In this document: positions 17,300 to 26,400 of the stretch, in pieces | How positions within the stretch are numbered: the first letter of the stretch is position 1 | How the letters are laid out: every line of letters starts with the position of its first letter | Program-made: the position numbers and the translations under genes | Notes under the pieces: model-generated | Seen by the model: only the letters and a program-made list of their open reading frames with translations | Told to the model about the DNA's origin: nothing | Database searches by the model: none | NCBI GenBank assembly: GCA_031414955.1 | Contig: JANOQV010000156.1 | Coordinates: 1-31,103 of the forward strand | DNA from: Pedosphaera sp. | GTDB lineage: Bacteria; Verrucomicrobiota; Verrucomicrobiia; Limisphaerales; SIBH01 | Direction: 5' to 3' | DNA: 31,103 nucleotides

Positions 17300-20200
17300 C
17301 CAGTTGACGGTGACGCAGACCACCGAACTGCTCGAAAGCCTCAAGGGCACCGTCCGTGACTTCGCCGCCGCCGAGGAGAAACTGGTGCGCGAATTCCGGG
17401 CCAAGAACGACGCGGCGCAAAAACGCTTCGAGGAAGACACGGTCGCACACGACGCGCAACTCACGGTGGAACTCAACGAGGCGGAGACGCTGGACGTCTC
17501 GGCAAAAAAGCGGGCGCAGTCCCGCCACGACCGGCGCAAGACGCGACTCGCGAAAGCCCTCAAGGCCAGCCACAAGACCGCGCTGGAGCGCATCGACAAC
17601 CAGGAAGGGCGCGTCAAATACCAGAGCCAGAAAGGACAGCTCGACACCAAACGCTGGCGCGTGGACACGCTGGCTCAGAACGACGCAACGCTGTTGGAGT
17701 TCCAGCAGCGTCTCGCCGAAAATCGCGCCACGTTTGCCGCTCTGGAGGAGCAGGCTCGGAAACTATTTCGCGGCTATGGGAAATTCCGTCGCGCCGTGGA
17801 CAAGGCTGACGTGCTCCCGAACACCGACTTTGCGCCCGACGAATACCAGTTGCTGGAAAAGCTCGGCCAGTTGCACAACCGCACCAGCGAAGACTTGGCC
17901 CGATTCAAGAAACGGTTCCTGCCCCTGCTCTTCCGCCTGCTGCCGCTCTGGCTGTTAACCGTGCTGATTCTTGCCGCCGGGGGCGGAGCCGTGCCGTTGC
18001 TTCAGCGTCAGGACCACGCTTCGATCACATTCGTCCACGGCGGCATCGGTGCGGGCGTTCTGTTGGTGCTGGTCCTCGCGGTATATTTCGCCGGCGCGGG
18101 CAAGGCCAAAGCGCCAGCCACCCACATCGCAAATGAACTGGAGACCGCGCGCCGGTTGCACGATTCCTGCGCGGAGAAGTCGCAGGCACGCCACGCGCAG
18201 GAGATCACGCGCCTCGAAACCGAGGCGCAGAATGCCATCGATGGCTTCAACGCCAACTGGCGCTCGGCCTTGCAGCAGGCCGAGCAAGCCCGGGAACTCT
18301 GGCCCATCCGCATCGAGGAGAAGGGCCGCCACGCCAACGACACCAATGAGCGCCAGCACGGCGCGCGACTGGCGAAGGCTGGGAGCGAACACGCCGCAGC
18401 CGTGAACCGGCTGAATCAAGAAGCGACCGCGCGCCAGCAGCAGTTCACCACCGCGCACGAGACGAAGGTCGCCAAGTTCACCGGCGATTATCAGGCGCAC
18501 TGGCAGAAGCTCGAAGCCGATTGGAAGCGCCTCACTCAGCCCATCTACGATTCGATTCAGGCCACGAACCAGAGCGCCACGGAGAACTTCCTGCCCTGGC
18601 AACCGCCGCTCTGGGCAAACTGGACGCCACCGTCCAGCTTCAAGAACAGCGCCCGGTTCGCCAGCCTCGAAGTGGACGTGAAGCGCTTCGCTGAAGCCGC
18701 GCCCCAGGATCCGCGGCTGGCCTTTCCCGGCCCCACTACCATTTCACTGCCGCTCGTGCTCACGTATCCGCAGCAAGGCTCGATTCTCTTCGAGACGACC
18801 AAGACCGGTAACGAGCCGGTCTTCGAGGCGCTGAACAACATCATCTTCCGCCTGCTCGCCACCACGCCGGCGGGCAAGTTGAGCTTCACCATCATCGATC
18901 CGGTGAAGCTCGGGCAGAACTTCTCCGGCGTCATGCACCTGGCCGATTACGAGGACAACGTGCTCAACGGCCGCATCTGGACGCAGCCGAATCAGATCGA
19001 GGAACGGCTCGCCAATCTCAACGAGCACATGGAGAAGGTCATCCAGATGTATCTCCGCAACGAGTACGAGACGATTGCGGAATACAATCGCGAGGCCGGC
19101 AACATCGCGGAGAAATATCACTTCGTCGTCGTGGCGGACTTTCCGGCGAACTTCACTGAAAGCGCCGTGCGGCGGTTGCTGCGCATCGCGGCCAGCGGCG
19201 CGCGCTGCGGCGTGTTCACGCTCATCCACTGGGACCATCGCCACACCACGCCACCGGATTTCTTCCCGGAGGAATTGCGCAAGAGCAGCGTTTGCATCAA
19301 CGCCGCCGGTGAGCAGTTCGTGCTCGCCCACCCCATGCTGCCGCGCGCCCGCGTGCTGCTCGACGCACCGCCCGCCCCTGAGTTTGCCACGCAGTTTCTG
19401 CACACCGTCGGCGAAAGCGCGCGTGGCTCGAACCGTGTCGAAGTTCCCTTCGCGCAGATCGCACCGCCCGAGAACGAAGTCTGGTCGATCGAGACCGCCG
19501 AGGAATTGCGCGTCCCAATCGGCCGCTCCGGCGCGACCAAGCTCCAGTATCTCGCCATCGGCAAGGGCACGCGCCAGCACACGCTCATCGCGGGCAAGAC
19601 CGGTTCCGGCAAATCGACCCTCTTCCACGTCATCATCACCAACCTTGCGCTCTGGTGCAGTCCCGAGCAGGTCGAGTTCTACCTCATCGACTTCAAGAAG
19701 GGCGTCGAGTTCAAGGGCTACGCGGCCAAGCGGCTGCCCCACGCGCGCGTCGTCGCCATCGAGAGCGATCGCGAATTCGGCCTGAGCGTGCTGCAAAAGC
19801 TCGACGAGGAATTGAAACGGCGCGGCGAATTGTTCCGTCAACTCGGCGTGCAGGACGTGGCGGGCTACAAGCGCGCGGGCGGCACCGAGCCGATGCCGCG
19901 CACGCTGCTCATAATCGACGAGTTCCAGGAATTCTTCGTCGAGGACGACCGCATTTCGCAGGCCGCGAATTTGTTGCTCGACCGCATCGTGCGCCAGGGC
20001 CGCGCCTTTGGCATTCATTGCCTGCTCGGCTCACAAACGCTCGGCGGCGCTTACACGCTGGCCCGCACGACGATTGGCCAGATGGTCATCCGCATCGCGC
20101 TCCAGTGCAACGAAGCCGACGCCTACCTGATCATGGACGAGAACAATCCCGCGCCCCGGCTGCTTTCGCGTCCCGGTGAAGGCATCTACAACGACATGGC

Positions 20201-21179
20201 GGGCATGAGCGAAGGCAACAGTCCGTTCCAGGCCGTGTGGATCAGCGACGACCAACGCGACGCGCATCTCGATCACGTCCGCTCCCTCACCGATGCGAAG
20301 GGATTGGCCTACCCCGGCCCCATCGTCTTCGAAGGCAACGCTCCCGCCGATGTGCGCGACAATCCTGTCCTGCGCGACTTGCTCGCCGCCGGAGTGCAGG
20401 GCACCGGCCCGGCTCGGATTTGGCTCGGTGCCGCCAATTCGATCAAAGGCCCGACCGAAGTCGTCTTCCAGAAACGCAGCGGCAACAACCTGCTCCTCGT
20501 CGGCCAGCGCGACGAGGCGGTGCTCGCCATCTTCTCGCTCTCGCTCCTCGCACTCGCCGCTCAATTCCCGCGCGGCGCGGCGAAGTTCATCGTCTTCGAA
20601 AGCACCGCGCCTAACTCGCCCGAGCGGGCCTTGCTCGAACGCGTGGTGCGCGCTCTGCCCCACGAAACCGTCCTCGCCAAGCCGGGCGACCTCACGGACG
20701 TGCTGAACGGCCTCGCCGACGATTTGCAGAAGCGCACCGACGACGAACACGCGCCCGCTCCGGTCACGTTCCTGTTCCTCCACGGAATGCAGAACTTCAA
20801 GAAGCTCAAGCAGGACGACGACTTCGGCTTTTCCTCCGGCGACGGTGGGCCGAATCCGGCCCAGCAGTTGCAGAAGCTGATCAGCGAAGGCCCGGGCCAC
20901 GGCATCCACGTCCTCGCCATGCTTGACACCTACAACAACGTGAACCGCTTCCTGGGCCGGAAGGGACTGACCGAGTTCGAAATGCGCGTGCTCTTCCAAA
21001 TGAGCACCAACGACTCCGCCAGTCTCTGCGACGATCCCAAGGCCAGCAACCTCGGCCTGCACCGCGCGCTCCTTTACAACGAGCAGGAAGGCTATCTGGA
21101 AACGTTCCGCCCGTACGCGCTGCCGACGGGGGAGTGGCTGGACGAGGTGAGCCGCAGGCTTTCAGAAGCGAAGGCATAG
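17292..21179 (+). CDS. EssC/EccC-like membrane-bound FtsK/SpoIIIE ATPase, about 1295 aa
   Basis: AGGAG at 17282-17286 then GTG 17292. N-terminal coiled coil, two TM helices (about 17916-18101), second coiled coil, three RecA-like units. The central unit has HTLIAGKTGSGKST, YLIDFKKG, LLIIDEFQE, RQGRAFGIH..LGSQ and RIAL. Confidence 0.92.
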   Translation: MSSQLTVTQTTELLESLKGTVRDFAAAEEKLVREFRAKNDAAQKRFEEDTVAHDAQLTVELNEAETLDVSAKKRAQSRHDRRKTRLAKALKASHKTALERIDNQEGRVKYQSQKGQLDTKRWRVDTLAQNDATLLEFQQRLAENRATFAALEEQARKLFRGYGKFRRAVDKADVLPNTDFAPDEYQLLEKLGQLHNRTSEDLARFKKRFLPLLFRLLPLWLLTVLILAAGGGAVPLLQRQDHASITFVHGGIGAGVLLVLVLAVYFAGAGKAKAPATHIANELETARRLHDSCAEKSQARHAQEITRLETEAQNAIDGFNANWRSALQQAEQARELWPIRIEEKGRHANDTNERQHGARLAKAGSEHAAAVNRLNQEATARQQQFTTAHETKVAKFTGDYQAHWQKLEADWKRLTQPIYDSIQATNQSATENFLPWQPPLWANWTPPSSFKNSARFASLEVDVKRFAEAAPQDPRLAFPGPTTISLPLVLTYPQQGSILFETTKTGNEPVFEALNNIIFRLLATTPAGKLSFTIIDPVKLGQNFSGVMHLADYEDNVLNGRIWTQPNQIEERLANLNEHMEKVIQMYLRNEYETIAEYNREAGNIAEKYHFVVVADFPANFTESAVRRLLRIAASGARCGVFTLIHWDHRHTTPPDFFPEELRKSSVCINAAGEQFVLAHPMLPRARVLLDAPPAPEFATQFLHTVGESARGSNRVEVPFAQIAPPENEVWSIETAEELRVPIGRSGATKLQYLAIGKGTRQHTLIAGKTGSGKSTLFHVIITNLALWCSPEQVEFYLIDFKKGVEFKGYAAKRLPHARVVAIESDREFGLSVLQKLDEELKRRGELFRQLGVQDVAGYKRAGGTEPMPRTLLIIDEFQEFFVEDDRISQAANLLLDRIVRQGRAFGIHCLLGSQTLGGAYTLARTTIGQMVIRIALQCNEADAYLIMDENNPAPRLLSRPGEGIYNDMAGMSEGNSPFQAVWISDDQRDAHLDHVRSLTDAKGLAYPGPIVFEGNAPADVRDNPVLRDLLAAGVQGTGPARIWLGAANSIKGPTEVVFQKRSGNNLLLVGQRDEAVLAIFSLSLLALAAQFPRGAAKFIVFESTAPNSPERALLERVVRALPHETVLAKPGDLTDVLNGLADDLQKRTDDEHAPAPVTFLFLHGMQNFKKLKQDDDFGFSSGDGGPNPAQQLQKLISEGPGHGIHVLAMLDTYNNVNRFLGRKGLTEFEMRVLFQMSTNDSASLCDDPKASNLGLHRALLYNEQEGYLETFRPYALPTGEWLDEVSRRLSEAKA

Positions 21180-21188
21180 GGAAGATCA

Positions 21189-22052
21189 GTGAAACCCGAG
21201 AAGAACACTGGGAAGCCTCTGGAAAATGCCGTGCGCCTCATCCAGCAATCTATCCTCAAAAATCAACCAAACCTAAAGGATGGGGAGTTTACAATAGAGG
21301 CCAACAAGCGAGTGACAGTCAAAGGCACCCGCCATGAACTTGATCTTTTCGTTGTTCGACATCCCGGGACGCCTTACGAAGCAAGCTTTGTCTTTGAATG
21401 CAAGGATTGGAAAAAGCCGGTCTCCAAAAATGAAGTCATAATCCTTGAAGCGAAAGTGAACGCAATTGCCGCGACTCGAGGCATTCTCGTCGCTAGGGAA
21501 ATATCCAAGGACGCAGCAGCACTTATCGAAGCTAATCAAAGGCTCCAGTTTCACCGGTGCAGCGAAAGTATTTGGCCGCTTCTCAGCACTGAAATCGTCC
21601 ACACCGTACACGATCCATTTGCGCATACAGCTCGGGTTACGCCTCAGACGAGTTCCATGCCGCTACCGACAAACTTTGTAGACGCAGTTTGTCAGTGGGG
21701 AAATCGGATTGCCCCCTTTCGAGTGATTGCGGACGAACAATTGAAAGAACTTGTGCGATACGATCAACAGGCCCGCGGGTATCTCTACAAATCTGAGGGC
21801 ACGCATTGGTTTCAAGGTCTGAGACGGATCGAATTTGAGCCTGGGGAATGCACTGTGGGAGGTGTGGAATTGGCCGTGTTGGAAATTATCGCGAGGTATT
21901 TCGTGAGGGTCGCCGTCACGCTGCCCAAATATCGGTTTTCAATTGATGGACAAGGCCAGGTTCACACTTTCGAATTGCGCGACCAAGACTTTCCGACGGG
22001 GCAACTCGACATTCAACTCGTCTTAACAGGACCTTTTAAGCCAAAGGCATGA
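21189..22052 (+). CDS. PD-(D/E)xK restriction-endonuclease-fold protein (Mrr_cat-like)
   Basis: GKPLE..V, RHELDLFV, FECKDWKKPVSKNEV, GILVA motifs; visibly more AT-rich codon usage than neighbours; GTG start 9 nt after the ATPase stop. Confidence 0.8.
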   Translation: MKPEKNTGKPLENAVRLIQQSILKNQPNLKDGEFTIEANKRVTVKGTRHELDLFVVRHPGTPYEASFVFECKDWKKPVSKNEVIILEAKVNAIAATRGILVAREISKDAAALIEANQRLQFHRCSESIWPLLSTEIVHTVHDPFAHTARVTPQTSSMPLPTNFVDAVCQWGNRIAPFRVIADEQLKELVRYDQQARGYLYKSEGTHWFQGLRRIEFEPGECTVGGVELAVLEIIARYFVRVAVTLPKYRFSIDGQGQVHTFELRDQDFPTGQLDIQLVLTGPFKPKA

Positions 22053-22061
22053 TTTCGTGCC

Positions 22062-22403
22062 TCACTCAATCCGATACAAATCCGTCTTCGTGCGGAGAAT
22101 CAGCGCGTTGTCCGTGACGGCGGGGGAGGACATGAAGCCGCTGGCGAGGGTGTTCTCGGCCAGTTTCTTGAACTCGCGGCCCGCGGCAATCACGGTCGCC
22201 TTCCCTTCCTCGCTGAAGAAATAGATTTTGCCATCGGCGATGATTGGCGAGGCGGAGCAATTCCCGCCGATGCGCTCGCTCCACACCTGGCTTCCGGTCT
22301 TCGCCTCCAGCGCCGTCGCGACGCCGCCGTCGTTGATCATGAAAAGCAAATCACCGTCGAGCAGCAGCGAGGGCTTCTTGGGAACGGCCTTCGTCACGCG
22401 CCA
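22062..22403 (-). pseudogene. 5'-truncated PQQ-like/BamB-type beta-propeller gene (C-terminal about 113 aa)
   Basis: PSLLLDGDLLFMINDGG..ALEAKTG.QVW.ERIGGN.SASPIIADGKIYF..MSSPAV..LILRT..LYRI is the end of PQQ_2 propeller proteins that are normally about 400 aa. No signal peptide, and too little room before the AraC stop at 22591. Confidence 0.78.
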
Positions 22404-22590
22404 CCCCGAGAACAAAGGGGCCGGAACGCGGCGTTGACGACGATTGAGTCCTCCGTGGCTTTGCCCTTCCGTTTGGCAACTCCAGCGTCAGGCTGAAGCT
22501 CCGCTCCGGGCTTGACCGGATGCGTTGGGGTCAGCCAACGCGGGCCGGGTCCGTTTTCTTAGCCCCATTTTTTCTCCGGCCGCAGGCGGG

Positions 22591-23340
22591 TTAACCTTGT
22601 CGAAATCGTGTCGGCGTCACGCCGGTCAGGGCGCGGAAGGTGCGCGTGAAGGCGCTGTGGTCGTAGAAGCCGCAGGCCAGCGCGATGTCGGCTACCGACT
22701 GATCTGTCTCGCGCAACAGGCGCGAGGCGGCGGCGATACGGGTCTTGGCGATGAACTGGCTGGGCGTGAGGCCGAAGAATCGCTTCATCAAGCGCGCGAA
22801 GCGATGCGGGGCCAGTTGAGCGCGGCGGGCGAGGGCTGAGGGCGTGACGGATGCCGCGACATGGTTCTCAAACTGATCGAGGGCGGCGGCGAACTCCACG
22901 GGGATGTCGCGGGTCTCGATAGGCGCGCGCACATCGCGCGAAATGCCGATGAGGCCGATGATTTTTCCGGTGGCATCGCGCATCGGGAGCTTGGTCGTGA
23001 GACACCAGCCGGGCTTGTGCGGCGTGGACCAGTGCAGTTCCAGATGGTCGAGGATCGGGCGTCCGGTTCTCAACACGGCGGCATCTTGCGCGGAGGGGAT
23101 GCGGCCGAAATCGCCGGGGCAGATGTCGCAGGGCCGTTGGCCGAGCACTTGTGATTTGTGTCGCAGACCGTGCCGTTCAACGAGCGAGGAGTTGACCGCG
23201 AGGTAGCGACCGGCGGTGTCCTTGATGAAGAAGGCGACGTCTGGTGCTTGATCGAAAAGCTTTTCCAGCAACGAAGCGTCCACCGGGGCCGGGATGGCAG
23301 ACGTCGTGGCAGCGGAGTGCTTGGTTGTGCGTGTTTTCAC
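22591..23340 (-). CDS. AraC-family transcriptional regulator with N-terminal PAS domain
   Basis: FFIKDTAGRYLAVN..TTKLPMRDATGKIIGLIGISRD (PAS); FGLTPSQFI..RIAAASRLL..SVADIALACGFYDHSAFTRTFRALTGVTP (AraC HTH). Confidence 0.95.
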   Translation of the reverse strand: MKTRTTKHSAATTSAIPAPVDASLLEKLFDQAPDVAFFIKDTAGRYLAVNSSLVERHGLRHKSQVLGQRPCDICPGDFGRIPSAQDAAVLRTGRPILDHLELHWSTPHKPGWCLTTKLPMRDATGKIIGLIGISRDVRAPIETRDIPVEFAAALDQFENHVAASVTPSALARRAQLAPHRFARLMKRFFGLTPSQFIAKTRIAAASRLLRETDQSVADIALACGFYDHSAFTRTFRALTGVTPTRFRQG

Positions 23341-23498
23341 GTCGGGAGGAAATTCTAAACCAAGACCGCCGGGCGGGCGACAGGATAGATTTGTTTCTCT
23401 AAACCACCAGTCTGCCCTGCCGTTGTAGAAATCAGGGACGGGGAACCGTGGTCGTTGCAGCTGAACATTGTTGTGGGCCGTGATAAAGTTGAACTCGC

Positions 23499-26400
23499 GT
23501 GAAAATCCAAAGCTGTTTTCGGTTTCGTTTCGTTCTCCTCGCCTTGGTGTGGCTGCTGGGTGCGTCGGGGTTTGTTCGCGCCGCTGCGCCGGATCTCACG
23601 GCCGCGAATCTCCCGGCGATCGACACCACCTACAACTACAGTCTCGGCCCGACGGGGATGCGGGGATGGATTTATCGCAACACCGGGAACGACGTGGGCG
23701 CGCAGGGGCTGATGTCGGCGGCCAGTCCGTGGCAGATCCTGGTGGTCGCGGTGGGCGCGAACACGCCGGCGGCGGGCATCATGGCGAGCAATGACGTGAT
23801 CCTCGGCGTGAGCGCGGGCGCGGGCAACTTGCCGGTGCCGCTCTTCACCAATGATTCGCGCAAGAGTCTGGGCTGGGCGATCGGCGCGGCCGAGGCGGGC
23901 GATGGTGTCTTGAATCTCAAACGCTGGCGCGCGGGGGTCACGAACGACGTGGCGATTCAGTTGCCGCTCTCGAACATCGCCTACAGCGCCACGGCGCCGT
24001 TTGATTGTCCCAAGTCCGCGCTGATTCTTTCCAACGCCGGCAACATCATCTCGAACAAAAATTTCAACGCCGGCGCTCCGGGCGATCCGACGCTGGGGCT
24101 GGCGTTGCTCGCCAGCGGTAACACCAATTACCTCGCCAAGGCGCGGACCTACGCCCGTTCGATTGCGCCCACGAATCTGTCGCTTCGCTTTGTGCCGGGA
24201 CAGTCCACGCGCGGCGAGGGCTTGTGGATTTGGGACTACGGTTACCGGGGCGTGTTTCTCGCCGAGTATTTTCTACTCACCGGCGACACCAACGTATTGC
24301 ACGGGCTCAACGAATACGCGGTGGCGCTCGCCCAGGCCCAGAGCCGCTACGGCACGTTCGGTCACGGTGGCGCTGTCTTGAAGGCGAATGGCGAGTTCCA
24401 CGGAACGATTCCTCCCTACGGACCGGTGAACTCCGCCGGGCTCGTGGCGAACATGGCCATCGTTCTGTGGAAGAAGGCGGCCGTGGCGGGTGGGCACGAG
24501 GTCGATCCGGAAATCAATCCGGCGATTGAGCGCGCGGCGAAGTTCTTCGCCTACTACGTGCAGAAGGGAAACATCCCCTACGGCGAGCACGAGCCGTGGT
24601 ACGAACACGCCGGCAATGGCAAGGAATCCGCGGCGGCGTTGATGTTCACGCTGATGGGCGACCGTCCGGCGGAGACGGAGTATTGGACGCGCATGGTCGT
24701 GGCCGGCTACAACGGCCGCGAATATGGGCACACCGGCCAGGGGTTCAGCTATCTCTGGGGCGCGATGGCCGCGAATGTCGGCGGCACCAATGCCGTGGCG
24801 GCTTACTTGAAGGAGATTCGCTGGCACCTGGACTTGTCGCGTCGCAGCGACGGCTCGTTTACTTACGACGGGGTCGAGCAATACGGCGGCTCGGCCACCT
24901 ATGATTACTGGAGCAACGCCAGCTACTACGGCATCGATCCCACGGCCTCCTATGTCCTGACCTACGCACTGGCGAAGCAGAAGCTTCTCATCACCGGCCG
25001 GAACGCCAATCCGACGAACTGGTTTAGTACCACGGTGGTTTCGAACGCGATCTGGGCGGGGACGTTCGACCGGTTGCACCCCACCTATAGCAGCAACGAA
25101 CTCGTGGCCGCGCTGAGCGAATACGATCCGCTCGTGCGGCGCTGGGCGGCGATCGGTCTGGGCACGCGCTTCCCGGCGAGCGCGTCGAGCTTGATCCTGA
25201 TGGCCGGCAGCACGAACGCCTTCCTGCGCGAGGCGGCGTGTCAGGCGCTGGGCGTCATCGCGAATCCCAGCGCGTTGACGGTGCTGGGCGAGCGATTAAA
25301 CGATCCGGATGTCTGGGTGCGTGCGAAGGCGGCCGTGGCTTTGCGGAACTACAGTCCGGCGGCGTTCAGCCCGCTCGTGACCAACATGCTGACGGCGTTC
25401 ATCACCAACGCCACCGATCCGAACGTGATCGTGTGGGACGATCCGTTGCAGAACGCCAATCGCCACCTGTCCATGGCCCTCTTTGGTAATGGCGTCCCCG
25501 ACGGCAGTCCCGGAAATAACGTGGCCAGCTACACGATCACTGCGAATACGAACCTGCTCTATCCCGCGGTGCGGGTGGGCTTGCAGCAGCCGGACTCGCA
25601 TCCGAGGGTGGGCGTGGCCAGCTTTGCCCTCAACCGGCTGACGCTCACGCACGTCAAGTATCTCCTGCCGGACCTCTTCGAGGTCGCCGCCGTCCCCAGC
25701 CAGGCGGATACGATGTGGAGCATGGACGCGCGCGGGTTGGGCATCTCGACCCTGGCCAAACACAAAGTTGCCGAAGCGGTTCCGCTCGCGCTCTCCATAC
25801 TGGTCACGCCGGAGGGCTTTGGTTGGAATGACGAGGGCTTCAAAATACCCGCGCTCAGGGCGCTGACGAACTACGGCGATTCCGTCCGCTGGACGTTGCC
25901 CGTTCTCCGGGACCACTCGGAAACGTGGGAGCCGACTTCGTCCGAGTTCGTGACGCTGAACACCTCAATCGCCGGGATCGACAGCGCGATCATCTCGCCC
26001 GCCACCATCACCAATCTCCATCCTGTCGCCCACTCGCAGGTCGTCATCACGACGAACGCGAAGGCGATCACACTCGGCGGCTTCTCGTGGCGAACCGCGA
26101 CCGTGAGCTTCACGAACATCACCGCGCCCGCGCACGGCACGCTCACCGGCACCGCGCCGAACCTGACCTACACGCCGACGGGCGGTTACACCGGCCCGGA
26201 CAGCTTCACGTTTCAAGTGAGCGACAGCGTGAGCAACTCGCCGTCCGCAACCGTGAGCCTCATCGTGGGCACGCCTGCGGGCACCGGATTGAAAGGCGAG
26301 TATTTCGACAACGCGGATTTCACGACGTTGAGGTTTTCGCGCACGGATCCGCAGGTGAATTTCGACTGGGGCACCGGCTCGCCGAGCAACACCATCGCGG

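Noticed and set aside
17292..21179. Housekeeping FtsK or conjugative coupling protein
   Set aside because: No gamma domain or four-TM N-terminus; several RecA-like units; WXG100-like neighbours; no relaxase, integrase or T4SS genes.
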